IMG/VR virus record: IMGVR_UViG_3300016476_000410
Coordinates: 1-41,383 of that record
Source of the DNA: a virus
Taxonomy: Duplodnaviria; Caudoviricetes
Direction: 5' to 3' (one strand)
Length of the DNA stretch: 41,383 bases
Both the position numbers and the translations under genes were made by a program. The first letter of the stretch is position 1, and each line of letters begins with the position of its first letter. Under the pieces are notes generated by a model, which was not told the origin of the DNA, did not search any database, and saw nothing but the letters and a program-made list of their open reading frames with translations. Below are positions 8,860 through 16,507 of the stretch, one piece after another.

Positions 8860-9564
8860 ATGCGTGATTCAATGATATTTTATCGTAGTTTTTATGAAGC
8901 AATCAAAGAACTACCATTAGATACACAAGGTGAAATCTATAATGCAATCTTTTGTTATGGTTTAGACTTTCAAGTTCCTGAATTATCAGGAGTTAGTAAA
9001 ACAATTTGGACTTTAATTAAACCACAAATTGATGCTAACATCAAGCGATTTGAGAACGGAAAGAAACCAAAAAATAAGCAAAACGAAAGCAAAATTGAAG
9101 CAAAAGATAAGCAAGATGAAAGCAAAAGTGTAACTAATAACAATAACAATGTAAATAACAATGTAAATGTTAATGTAAATGAAAATAAACCTTCTTTTAA
9201 AAAAGAAGCAAAAAGAGAATTAGCAATCATTTCAGAATCTATTGAAATCATTTATCCATTTCCATCAGAAAAATTTATTAATGCTTGGAATGAATGGAAA
9301 GAATATAAAAAGAAAGAATTGAAACAATCTTACAAAACTACAATTTCAGAAGGTAAAGTTTTAAGACAATTAGCAACTGAAAGTGGGAATAATGAAGAAG
9401 TAGCAATTCAAATGATAGAACAAGCAATTGTTAGAGGTTGGAAAGGAATTTATAAATTACAAAATCAAAATACAAATCAAAATGGAACAGAAACAAGAAC
9501 TGATGGTCAAAACAACGCAGTCGAACAATTTAGACAACGCATTGTTTCTGCGGTTAACAAGTAA
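8860..9564 (+). CDS. Replication initiator (DUF6291-like N-terminus, lambda O-like organisation)
   Basis: MRDSMIFYRSFYEAIKEL N-terminus, low-complexity linker with DNA repeats, C-terminal W..W..YK...IEQAI..GWKGI domain. Confidence 0.75.
   Translation: MRDSMIFYRSFYEAIKELPLDTQGEIYNAIFCYGLDFQVPELSGVSKTIWTLIKPQIDANIKRFENGKKPKNKQNESKIEAKDKQDESKSVTNNNNNVNNNVNVNVNENKPSFKKEAKRELAIISESIEIIYPFPSEKFINAWNEWKEYKKKELKQSYKTTISEGKVLRQLATESGNNEEVAIQMIEQAIVRGWKGIYKLQNQNTNQNGTETRTDGQNNAVEQFRQRIVSAVNK
9076..9189 (+). repeat. Iteron-like repeats and AT-rich tract (putative replication origin)
   Basis: AAGCAA at 9076, 9087, 9098, 9109 and 9120 (exact 11-bp period), then AATAAC/AATGTA hexamer repeats. Confidence 0.65.
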
Positions 9565-10225
9565 ACAATTACCAATTTTAAAATCTGATTGTAACAGGGG
9601 TAATCAAGTTTCAATCAAATATCACCCAGATAAAATTGATTGTGCGGTTGAAATATTCAAAACAATTACAGATAGTGCGGATATTTATTATGGAATTAGA
9701 GCTGGTCAACTATCAGAAGCATTAACGGATAAGGTCGTTAAAACGATTCTAAGCGACTTTAACGAACTTTCGGTATCTGACATTGAATACGCTTATGAAC
9801 GTTTCAGAAAAGAGAAAAATGATTGGAGAAACATTACATTTGATGAATTGATTCAGCCTATCAAACAATATCACAAGATAAAGTATGCTGTAACTAAGGA
9901 AAGATTGCAAATGGAGAAGGAGATTAAAGAGAAGAATGAACGTGATGCAAAAGAGCAAGAATTTCTCCAAAGTTCAATAGATTTGTATAAAGAAAGTCTT
10001 AAAGGAGATTATTACCTTGGTGATATTTTTCATGCAAGAAAGATTTACGGAAATTTCATATCAAAGATTGATGAAACTACATTGAGTGATATGCAAATGG
10101 AAGCAAATGGACAAAGTGTTAAATTAGCAGAAGAAAATCCATTTTTAGGATTGGCGAATACACCTGAAAGATTATATGCTAAATTAGTAGTAGATTATGC
10201 AATTAAAAATAAATTTGAATTATGA
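9482..10225 (+). CDS. Hypothetical replication protein (possible helicase loader)
   Basis: Overlaps the initiator 3' end; lambda P-like position; function inferred only. Confidence 0.5.
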   Translation: MEQKQELMVKTTQSNNLDNALFLRLTSKQLPILKSDCNRGNQVSIKYHPDKIDCAVEIFKTITDSADIYYGIRAGQLSEALTDKVVKTILSDFNELSVSDIEYAYERFRKEKNDWRNITFDELIQPIKQYHKIKYAVTKERLQMEKEIKEKNERDAKEQEFLQSSIDLYKESLKGDYYLGDIFHARKIYGNFISKIDETTLSDMQMEANGQSVKLAEENPFLGLANTPERLYAKLVVDYAIKNKFEL

Positions 10226-10410
10226 ACGAAGAACAATTAAAATTAAAAATTGACGAGTTAAGAGCAATATTAACTGGAAATCTTTTTGAGGATATGCAAA
10301 CTCAACAAACGATTTATGAACTAAAGAAAGAATTATCTGCTTTACAAGGTGTTACGATAGAAGAATACGAAGCAAATGATGATTATATCTGTGAAAATTG
10401 CGGTTCATGA
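10222..10410 (+). CDS. Hypothetical protein with C-terminal CxxC
   Basis: Ends ...CENCGS; overlapping start/stop. Confidence 0.65.
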   Translation: MNEEQLKLKIDELRAILTGNLFEDMQTQQTIYELKKELSALQGVTIEEYEANDDYICENCGS

Positions 10411-10559
10411 GTGTAAAAATAGTATTAACAATAGAATCAGATTTAGAGGGGGATTTGAATGCTATAATTGAAACTCAAGATATTGATGTTCTAACAGCTT
10501 TAGAAATTATCAAAGATGCTCAAGAAGAAATGTATTTAGATAGAATTAGTCTTAATTAA
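10407..10559 (+). CDS. Small hypothetical protein (50 aa, MSVKIVLTIESD...)
   Basis: ATGA and TAATG coupling at both ends; not in the ORF track. Confidence 0.6.
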   Translation: MSVKIVLTIESDLEGDLNAIIETQDIDVLTALEIIKDAQEEMYLDRISLN

Positions 10560-10807
10560 TGCTTTCACCAGAACAAATTACTTTTATAAAAGGCTATCTC
10601 TTTAATGAAATTGGGATAGCCTTAAATTTATCCGTTAAAGATGTTGATAAATGCGTAAAAGAAGATTTAGGAATTGATAAAATTTCTGAACTTGACAATG
10701 ATGGCTTTATGGAAGTTTCTATTTATTGTTTTAAATTAGGCGACAAATTAGGATTGAATTTAAATTTTCCTAATAACGAAGCTGATTTTATTAGAGATTT
10801 ACTATGA
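10559..10807 (+). CDS. Hypothetical protein
   Basis: Coupled ORF upstream of ninG. Confidence 0.6.
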   Translation: MLSPEQITFIKGYLFNEIGIALNLSVKDVDKCVKEDLGIDKISELDNDGFMEVSIYCFKLGDKLGLNLNFPNNEADFIRDLL

Positions 10808-11409
10808 AAAAATGCAAAAATTGTAAGCAACCATTCCAACCAATGCGAAGCAATTTAGAGAAATATTGCTCAAAATCCGAATGTATTAAAGTTTGGGTAG
10901 ATACCGAAAAGCAAAAGCAATGGAACAAAAGAAAAAAGGATTTATCTGTTGATGTGTATTCAAAAGAACATAAAAACACATTACAGAACGAAATAAATAA
11001 ACTGGCAAGAATGATTGATGCTCATTGTGGTTATAATGTTTGTGTTGATTGTGATAGGGTATTAGATAAACAGATTCACGGAGCGCACTATCATAATGTT
11101 AAAGGTAACGAAAATATAAGATACAATCTTTTAAATATTCATTCGTCAAGGTCAGAATGCAACAAATATGATTCAGAACATAAAGCACGTTATAAGGTTA
11201 AGATTGCAGAAAGGTATGGGGATGATTTTTATAATTATTTAGAAAATGAAATACGTTTAAAATATAAAGAAATGCACTTTTCAAATAAACAGATACACGA
11301 TGCTATATCTGTTGTTAGAAAATTACAAAGAGATTTACATACATTTACAACTAAAGACAGTTTGTATTTAAGAAATACATTTAATTCTATTATAGGTCTT
11401 TATAAATAA
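10804..11409 (+). CDS. ninG: NinG/Rap-family recombination endonuclease
   Basis: CKNCK..F.P......CS..C N-terminus; CVDC, HGAHY and NIHS....CN HNH-like core. Confidence 0.8.
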   Translation: MKKCKNCKQPFQPMRSNLEKYCSKSECIKVWVDTEKQKQWNKRKKDLSVDVYSKEHKNTLQNEINKLARMIDAHCGYNVCVDCDRVLDKQIHGAHYHNVKGNENIRYNLLNIHSSRSECNKYDSEHKARYKVKIAERYGDDFYNYLENEIRLKYKEMHFSNKQIHDAISVVRKLQRDLHTFTTKDSLYLRNTFNSIIGLYK

Positions 11410-11433
11410 TTTAGAAAGATAAATAACATTTTG

Positions 11434-11463
11434 TTTGTTTTTAAATATAATTGTGTATATTTG
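11434..11463 (+). promoter_or_regulatory. Bacteroidetes-type promoter (TTTG...TATATTTG)
   Basis: Consensus match upstream of ATG 11486. Confidence 0.65.
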
Positions 11464-11485
11464 CATTATAATTAAAATTAAGCAA

Positions 11486-11767
11486 ATGAAAAAAGTAATG
11501 GCAATTGTAGACTTCATCAATGAAGTTGAAAACACACAGTTTAAATCACAATTATTATCAGAATTAAACGGAATTTTAGATGATGTTGTAAATCAAATTG
11601 ATTTAAAATCTCAAGTAGAACACCCAGCTAACGAACAAATGAAAAATCTAACTAAGGAATTAGAATTAGTTTTTTTGCTTAGAAGTTTAGCTTCGGAAAT
11701 GTTGTTACAAAAAATAAGTTTAAATAGTAAAATAGAATTTGTAGATAAAATTTTAAAACAAAAATAA
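11486..11767 (+). CDS. Hypothetical protein
   Basis: ATG 11486 downstream of the promoter, preferred over TTG 11435. Confidence 0.65.
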   Translation: MKKVMAIVDFINEVENTQFKSQLLSELNGILDDVVNQIDLKSQVEHPANEQMKNLTKELELVFLLRSLASEMLLQKISLNSKIEFVDKILKQK

Positions 11768-11768
11768 G

Positions 11769-11966
11769 ATGAGCAAACCAAAACAAGTAACAATTAAGTT
11801 GCATGATTACGTAGAAAGTGCGATGATTATTTCTGCAAAAGTAGGTCTTCACAAAGGAGTAGACATCACTACAAAGGTAGGTAGAATAGAATACGCTTTA
11901 GAAATGTTAAATAAAGCAGTAGAACAAGGTAAAATTAGTATTGGAGATTTAGTAAACTTAAAGTAA
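11769..11966 (+). CDS. Hypothetical protein (possible small DNA-binding protein)
   Basis: Operon spacing of 1 nt. Confidence 0.6.
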   Translation: MSKPKQVTIKLHDYVESAMIISAKVGLHKGVDITTKVGRIEYALEMLNKAVEQGKISIGDLVNLK

Positions 11967-11967
11967 G

Positions 11968-12291
11968 ATGGAAGATTGGAGAGTGCCTTCTGAATATGAC
12001 AGAGTAATGGAAACAAGAAGTTGGATTAATAAAATCCCGTATATTAATTTTGATTCCAATCATAAAGTAAGAGTTATACCACCATTTTCGGGTGCGACTA
12101 TTAGATTTAATGTAAAAAATGAAGAAACTGATAAGGCTGTATCTGTTTATTTAGATTGTTATAACAATTTAGGATGTATGGACTATCCGTATTGGGAAGT
12201 TTATCCAATAAATGGAGATACTTTTAGATGTAAGTTAGATGATACAGATGATTTGTTACAAGAGATAAGAAAAGAAATAAACACAAAATAA
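11968..12291 (+). CDS. Hypothetical phage protein
   Basis: Operon spacing of 1 nt. Confidence 0.65.
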   Translation: MEDWRVPSEYDRVMETRSWINKIPYINFDSNHKVRVIPPFSGATIRFNVKNEETDKAVSVYLDCYNNLGCMDYPYWEVYPINGDTFRCKLDDTDDLLQEIRKEINTK

Positions 12292-12292
12292 G

Positions 12293-12838
12293 ATGGAAAA
12301 TTTAGGATTAAACGAAGTGGCTTTTTTATTAAGCAAAATTCAAAACGAGATTAAAGTACAAAAGAACAACTATAATCTTTTTGGTAAGTATAAATATCGT
12401 TCAGCAGAGGATATTCAAGTAGCATTAAAACCTATTTTGTTAAAACACGAAAGTTCAGTAATTCTAACAGATGAAAGTTTCGAGTTATGTGGAATACCAG
12501 TAGTAAGAGCAACAGCAAAGTTTATTTGTCCATTTGGTGAATTATCTGTAACAGCAGATGCAGGTGTTCAATTAGAAACTAAGGGAATGAATTACGCTCA
12601 AACTTTTGGAGCAAGTTCAAGTTACGCAAGAAAATATGCTTTAGGTGGACTTTTATTGTTAGATGATGTTGCTGATTCAGATGCTACTGAAAAACACGAT
12701 AGAAACGAGATTAAGGGTTTAACTGATGCTCAAATCAAATCATCTATTGAAAAAGGAACGCAAAAAGCAGTGTTAGAAGGTAACGGAATAAAATGGACAT
12801 TAACGGATAAGCAAGTTGAATTATTAAAAGCAAAATAG
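12293..12838 (+). CDS. erf: ERF-family single-strand annealing protein
   Basis: N.FGKYKYRSAEDI and AQTFGASSSYARKYALGGLLLLDD..DSDA motifs. Confidence 0.9.
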   Translation: MENLGLNEVAFLLSKIQNEIKVQKNNYNLFGKYKYRSAEDIQVALKPILLKHESSVILTDESFELCGIPVVRATAKFICPFGELSVTADAGVQLETKGMNYAQTFGASSSYARKYALGGLLLLDDVADSDATEKHDRNEIKGLTDAQIKSSIEKGTQKAVLEGNGIKWTLTDKQVELLKAK

Positions 12839-12922
12839 TTTTATAACGTTTTAGGGCTATGCGTCAGCCCGACTAACAAACTATGTACTTCGGAGGGTTG
12901 TCGCATAGGACTTGTTAGCACC
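12839..12922 (+). repeat. attC/Flavo-1-like hairpin element 1
   Basis: TAAC (12844) - CTATGCGTCAGCCC / GGGTTGTCGCATAG arms - GTTAGC (12914). Confidence 0.7.
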
Positions 12923-13032
12923 AGTTTTTTTGGTATTTTGATTTTATTTTACCATTTCAAATTACCACTTTTTTAGTAAACTCTTTATTTATAAGGGTTA
13001 CAAGTATGTTTAAATTACCAAATTTTAAAAAC

Positions 13033-13128
13033 ATGACAGAATTTCAAAGATTAATAGATGATTTAGAAGGTAACGGAAGTAAATGGGTGCTAACAGATAA
13101 GCAAGTTGAATTATTAAAAGCAAAATAG
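13033..13128 (+). CDS. 31-aa ORF ending in a duplicate of the ERF C-terminus (MTEFQRLIDDLEGNGSKWVLTDKQVELLKAK)
   Basis: A-rich leader; 13063-13138 repeats 12773-12848 (69/76 identical). Confidence 0.45.
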   Translation: MTEFQRLIDDLEGNGSKWVLTDKQVELLKAK

Positions 13129-13368
13129 TTTTATAACGGAACACAAATAAAAGCAGTAAGATATGAATAAGATAAAAGAACGTAAAAAAGTTGGAGCAAC
13201 TTGCCCCAAATGTAAAAGCCCTGACTACAAATATAACGGTAGGGTTTATGAACCTGATGGTAAGCATCAATTTGAATGTAAAAGTTGCGGAAACTTTTGG
13301 CAATATGGCAAGACCGAAAGTAAATATACAGAACTTGCTTAGTATTGCTTTTATTTGGTGTTAGCAAA
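13129..13368 (+). repeat. attC/Flavo-1-like hairpin element 2 with an ORF in its loop
   Basis: TAAC (13134) - CAAATAAAAGCAGTA / TATTGCTTTTATTTG arms - GTTAGC (13360). Confidence 0.7.
13163..13342 (+). CDS. 59-aa zinc-ribbon protein (CPKC...CKSC; IS1 InsA-like spacing)
   Basis: Manual translation: MNKIKERKKVGATCPKCKSPDYKYNGRVYEPDGKHQFECKSCGNFWQYGKTESKYTELA. Confidence 0.7.
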   Translation: MNKIKERKKVGATCPKCKSPDYKYNGRVYEPDGKHQFECKSCGNFWQYGKTESKYTELA

Positions 13369-13379
13369 TCGTTTTAATG

Positions 13380-13435
13380 TTTGCTAACATTCGTGTAAGA
13401 GATAGTTTTAATTTCTCTTACACTTTGTTATAAAA
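13380..13435 (+). repeat. attC/Flavo-1-like hairpin element 3 (minimal)
   Basis: TAAC (13385) - GTGTAAGAGA / TCTCTTACAC perfect 10-bp stem - GTTATA (13427). Confidence 0.7.
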
Positions 13436-13437
13436 TA

Positions 13438-13467
13438 TTTGATAATTAAAAATAATGTGTATATTTG
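13438..13467 (+). promoter_or_regulatory. Bacteroidetes-type promoter (TTTG-N18-TATATTTG)
   Basis: Consensus match upstream of the exonuclease. Confidence 0.65.
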
Positions 13468-13497
13468 CACAATACTAACAATTAAAAACTTAAAGTA

Positions 13498-14115
13498 ATG
13501 GTAGAAATTAATGTAGAACAAAGAACTCCTGAATGGATTGAATATCGTTTAGGCAAAATAACTGGAACAAGATTAAAAGAAGTATTAAGGTCGGATAACC
13601 TACCTTTAATTTACGAAATGATTGCAGAAGTAGTTAGTAAGCAAATCGAAGAAATTCCAGTTAACAAATCAATGCAAAGAGGTATTGACTTAGAGCCAGT
13701 AGTTAGACAGTTGTATCAAGATAAGTATAACGAGATTATTGAGGAAGTTGGTTTTTGTTTAAGTGATGAAAATGATTATTTAGCATTATCTCCCGATGGA
13801 TTTACATTAGATAGAAAAGGAGCAATTGAGATTAAGTGTCCATCTACTAAAACTCATGTTAAGTATATATTAGATGACAAAATACCTACTGATTATTTAC
13901 CGCAAGTTTGTATGTATTTCATTGTAAATACTGAATTAGAATGGTTAGATTTTATCACTTATGACGATAGATTTATCGAACTACCTATGTATGTTATTCG
14001 CGTTACAAGAGAAGAACTTTTTGATAAGATATTTGAGTTCAAAACGAAGATAGACAAGTTTACAGAGAAGTTTGAAAAGTATTATAGTAAGTTATCAAGT
14101 AAAATGTTGTTTTAA
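13498..14115 (+). CDS. YqaJ/lambda-exonuclease family protein
   Basis: EQRTPEW...RLGKITGT, MQRG..LEP, SPDG and EIKCP motifs. Confidence 0.92.
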   Translation: MVEINVEQRTPEWIEYRLGKITGTRLKEVLRSDNLPLIYEMIAEVVSKQIEEIPVNKSMQRGIDLEPVVRQLYQDKYNEIIEEVGFCLSDENDYLALSPDGFTLDRKGAIEIKCPSTKTHVKYILDDKIPTDYLPQVCMYFIVNTELEWLDFITYDDRFIELPMYVIRVTREELFDKIFEFKTKIDKFTEKFEKYYSKLSSKMLF

Positions 14116-14247
14116 CGGCTGACGCTATACGAAGGCAGGGGTTAAGATGCACTCCCTTTCAGCCTTGCACAAATGATAAATAGATGCGCACCGCTTGTAT
14201 TAGCAGTAAAGCCCCTGCTTTTGTATAGCGTATGTTATAGGGCGTTT
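14110..14247 (+). repeat. attC/Flavo-1-like hairpin element 4
   Basis: TAAC overlaps the exonuclease stop; ACGCTATACGAAGGCAGGGG / CCCCTGCTTTTGTATAGCGT 20-bp stem (2 G.T pairs); GTTATA at 14234. Confidence 0.75.
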
Positions 14248-14259
14248 ATTCTTACAATT

Positions 14260-14592
14260 ATGTCAGTAAATATTTCAAAATTAAAAAAAAGTAAAGTTTT
14301 TGAAAATGAGAAGATAAAAATATCATTTTCGACAGGAGAAGTTAGTGATGCACTTTCTGTTTATATTAAAGATGAGAACGGTAAAAATCACCATATTTTA
14401 TGGGAGATTTCACCTGATAGATGCCATCAAAACTTTGACAAATCCAATGAGAAAATCAGAGCATTTGTTAAAGATAAAATTGATGAATGGGTAAATGAAG
14501 AAGAAGAATCGGAAAGGTTAAGAAATGAAGCTATTAAAAACAGAAAGCATCGGGAAGAAAACGAGTTGCGTAAATTGACGGACTCTTTTTAA
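14260..14592 (+). CDS. Hypothetical cassette-borne protein (110 aa)
   Basis: ATG 14260 preferred (the track start lies inside the hairpin); flanked by GTTATAGGGCGTTT / AAATGCCCTATAAC. Confidence 0.7.
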   Translation: MSVNISKLKKSKVFENEKIKISFSTGEVSDALSVYIKDENGKNHHILWEISPDRCHQNFDKSNEKIRAFVKDKIDEWVNEEEESERLRNEAIKNRKHREENELRKLTDSF

Positions 14593-14663
14593 ATGCCCTA
14601 TAACTAATGGCTAATCGCCATATGTCGCATATACAACAAATAAACAAGTAAAAAAGTAAAATT

Positions 14664-14876
14664 ATGACAGCAGTAGAATGGTTAGAACAGATTTTAAAAC
14701 AAAGCTGCGGTAAAGAGTTTACTGAAGGTTATAAACAGCTATTCGATAAAGCTAAGCGAATGGAGAAAGACTCTGCAAGAAAGATAGCATACACAGCTTA
14801 TTGTGCTGCACAATGGCATGATGATGAAGCTAGTGAAAGTAAGTTTGATAAATTATTTAAAGAAAATTATGAATGA
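14664..14876 (+). CDS. Hypothetical protein (TAVEWL...AKxMEK type)
   Basis: Similar to the next ORF. Confidence 0.65.
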   Translation: MTAVEWLEQILKQSCGKEFTEGYKQLFDKAKRMEKDSARKIAYTAYCAAQWHDDEASESKFDKLFKENYE

Positions 14877-15039
14877 ATTAACACCGGTAGAATGGTTATC
14901 CCAATACATAGAAAAGCGGTGGATGGGATTAACTCCTTCATGGGTTCGTGATGCTATTTCACAAGCCAAAGAAATGGAAAAGGAACAACTGGAAAAAGTT
15001 TATCAGGAAGCATTAAGAGAAATATCAAAAAAAGATTAA
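14869..15039 (+). CDS. Hypothetical protein (TPVEWL...AKEMEK type)
   Basis: Paralog of the previous ORF; ATG 14869. Confidence 0.65.
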   Translation: MNELTPVEWLSQYIEKRWMGLTPSWVRDAISQAKEMEKEQLEKVYQEALREISKKD

Positions 15040-15042
15040 AAT

Positions 15043-15384
15043 ATGAAACTGTTAACTATAATAGTAATATTATCACTTTATTCTTTTGGTTTTGAAGCAA
15101 CATATTACGGAAAAGCGTTTCAAGGCAATTACACGTATTCTGGAGAGGTGTTTGATATGAATGGTATGACTTGTGCATCAAATGTGTTTAGAATGGGTTT
15201 AAACCTCAAAATAACCAATATAGAGAACGGTAAGAGTGTAATAGTAAAAGTAACAGATAAAGGAGCTATGCCGAATCATGTTATAGACTTGTCAGAGGGT
15301 GCGTTTAAACAAATAGCTAACTTGAAACAAGGAAGAATTAAAATAAAAGTTCACCCAATATTAAAAAAGCAATGGAAAGATTAG
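15043..15384 (+). CDS. RlpA-like double-psi beta-barrel protein with signal peptide
   Basis: ATYYG..FQG..T.SGEVFDM..MTCA, NGKSVIVKVTDKG and IDLS..AF motifs. Confidence 0.85.
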   Translation: MKLLTIIVILSLYSFGFEATYYGKAFQGNYTYSGEVFDMNGMTCASNVFRMGLNLKITNIENGKSVIVKVTDKGAMPNHVIDLSEGAFKQIANLKQGRIKIKVHPILKKQWKD

Positions 15385-15770
15385 AAGATATGTATTATAA
15401 CAGCTATACAGACGAGCAAATAGAGCAAGGTATAGCACAATTAATGTCTGAAATAAAAGAATATAAGGGAAAAGCAATTAAACCTAAAAAAAAGTATAGA
15501 CAAGTTTTTAATAAACTGCCAATAAACAAACAGATATTTATAAGAAATTTGATATTTGAAGGTCATAAAATATACGAAATATCAAAGAATCACAATATAA
15601 GAATATCTTGTTTGATAAATCTGAGTAAAGAAAATAATATAATAGCTTCTACAATGATTATAGGCAATAAAACAGAGGAGTATGCAACAGAGCAAGAAAT
15701 GATAAATGGATTTCAATGTAGTTACGATGATTTATCAGAGAGTGAGAAAGTAATTTATAATATGAAGTAG
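15372..15770 (+). CDS. Hypothetical protein (possible HTH)
   Basis: ORF within the operon. Confidence 0.6.
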   Translation: MERLEDMYYNSYTDEQIEQGIAQLMSEIKEYKGKAIKPKKKYRQVFNKLPINKQIFIRNLIFEGHKIYEISKNHNIRISCLINLSKENNIIASTMIIGNKTEEYATEQEMINGFQCSYDDLSESEKVIYNMK

Positions 15771-15771
15771 T

Positions 15772-16035
15772 ATGATAGTTAGACATAATAATAAAGGTGC
15801 TTATTTTTATATAAAATCAAAACCTAACAAGTCTGCGGAAAAATTAGCAAGGCAATTACAAAGTTTTATTGAATATTTAATGTCTCGAAATCCAATTTTA
15901 GAATTTAATAATGGTATAAATATTACTGATGGATATGTAGGAGATGATTTTGTTAAGAATAGAATAACTTATTTAGTAATCTTTAAAGACAATTTTGAAT
16001 TATCAAAACATTTAGAAAAAATCGAGAATTGCTAA
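15772..16035 (+). CDS. Hypothetical protein
   Basis: Last ORF before the terminator. Confidence 0.6.
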   Translation: MIVRHNNKGAYFYIKSKPNKSAEKLARQLQSFIEYLMSRNPILEFNNGINITDGYVGDDFVKNRITYLVIFKDNFELSKHLEKIENC

Positions 16036-16073
16036 GCATATATTAGTAATAATTTAAACCGAAAAAAAATGAT

Positions 16074-16105
16074 TCCCTGCTAATAATATAGTAGGGATTT
16101 TTTTT
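16074..16105 (+). terminator. Rho-independent terminator
   Basis: TCCCTGCTA/TAGTAGGGA stem plus T-run. Confidence 0.75.
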
Positions 16106-16416
16106 GTATAAAAAATTGGAGAACTGCTAAGCAATATATTGTAAAAATTTTTCTGTATAAAAAATGGAATCTTGCTTGGCTATTATGTATAAAAAAATCT
16201 ATAGAAAAATTTCTATACCATAGGAACTGGCCTTGATTAGAAATTAAACAGTCAATGATTAGAAAATAAACTAATTAGAATTAATCTAAATTTATCTTCA
16301 GTATTGCAAAAGTCAAAAAGTTTTTTATTCGTATATGCACGTTCATATTTATATTAGATATGCTTATTTAGAATGAATATAAATAGATAAAAGATTGAAA
16401 AAAAACATTGTGTAAA

Positions 16417-16447
16417 TTTGCACAATGAAATAAAATAACTACATTTG
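16417..16447 (+). promoter_or_regulatory. Bacteroidetes-type promoter (TTTG-N19-TACATTTG) of the A-rich island
   Basis: Consensus match with canonical spacing. Confidence 0.7.
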
Positions 16448-16507
16448 TAAAAGAAAACAACGCCAAAAAGGGCTAAAATTAGTAAAAACACTGTAAATCA
16501 ATAAGTT

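Noticed and set aside
13163-13342. IS1 element
   Set aside because: Only a zinc ribbon is present; no DDE transposase frame, IS1-type terminal repeats or target duplication.
13025-13367. Minus-strand ORFs 13025..13303 and 13131..13367
   Set aside because: Shadow frames of the plus-strand small ORFs and hairpins; no promoter or family features.
12839-13435. CRISPR array or tRNA genes
   Set aside because: No identical repeats with regular spacers and no cloverleaf/TTC-loop pattern; hairpin stems differ in sequence.
14173-14259. N-terminal extension of the 139-aa ORF in the track
   Set aside because: It translates the hairpin arm; ATG 14260 inside the cassette is more plausible.
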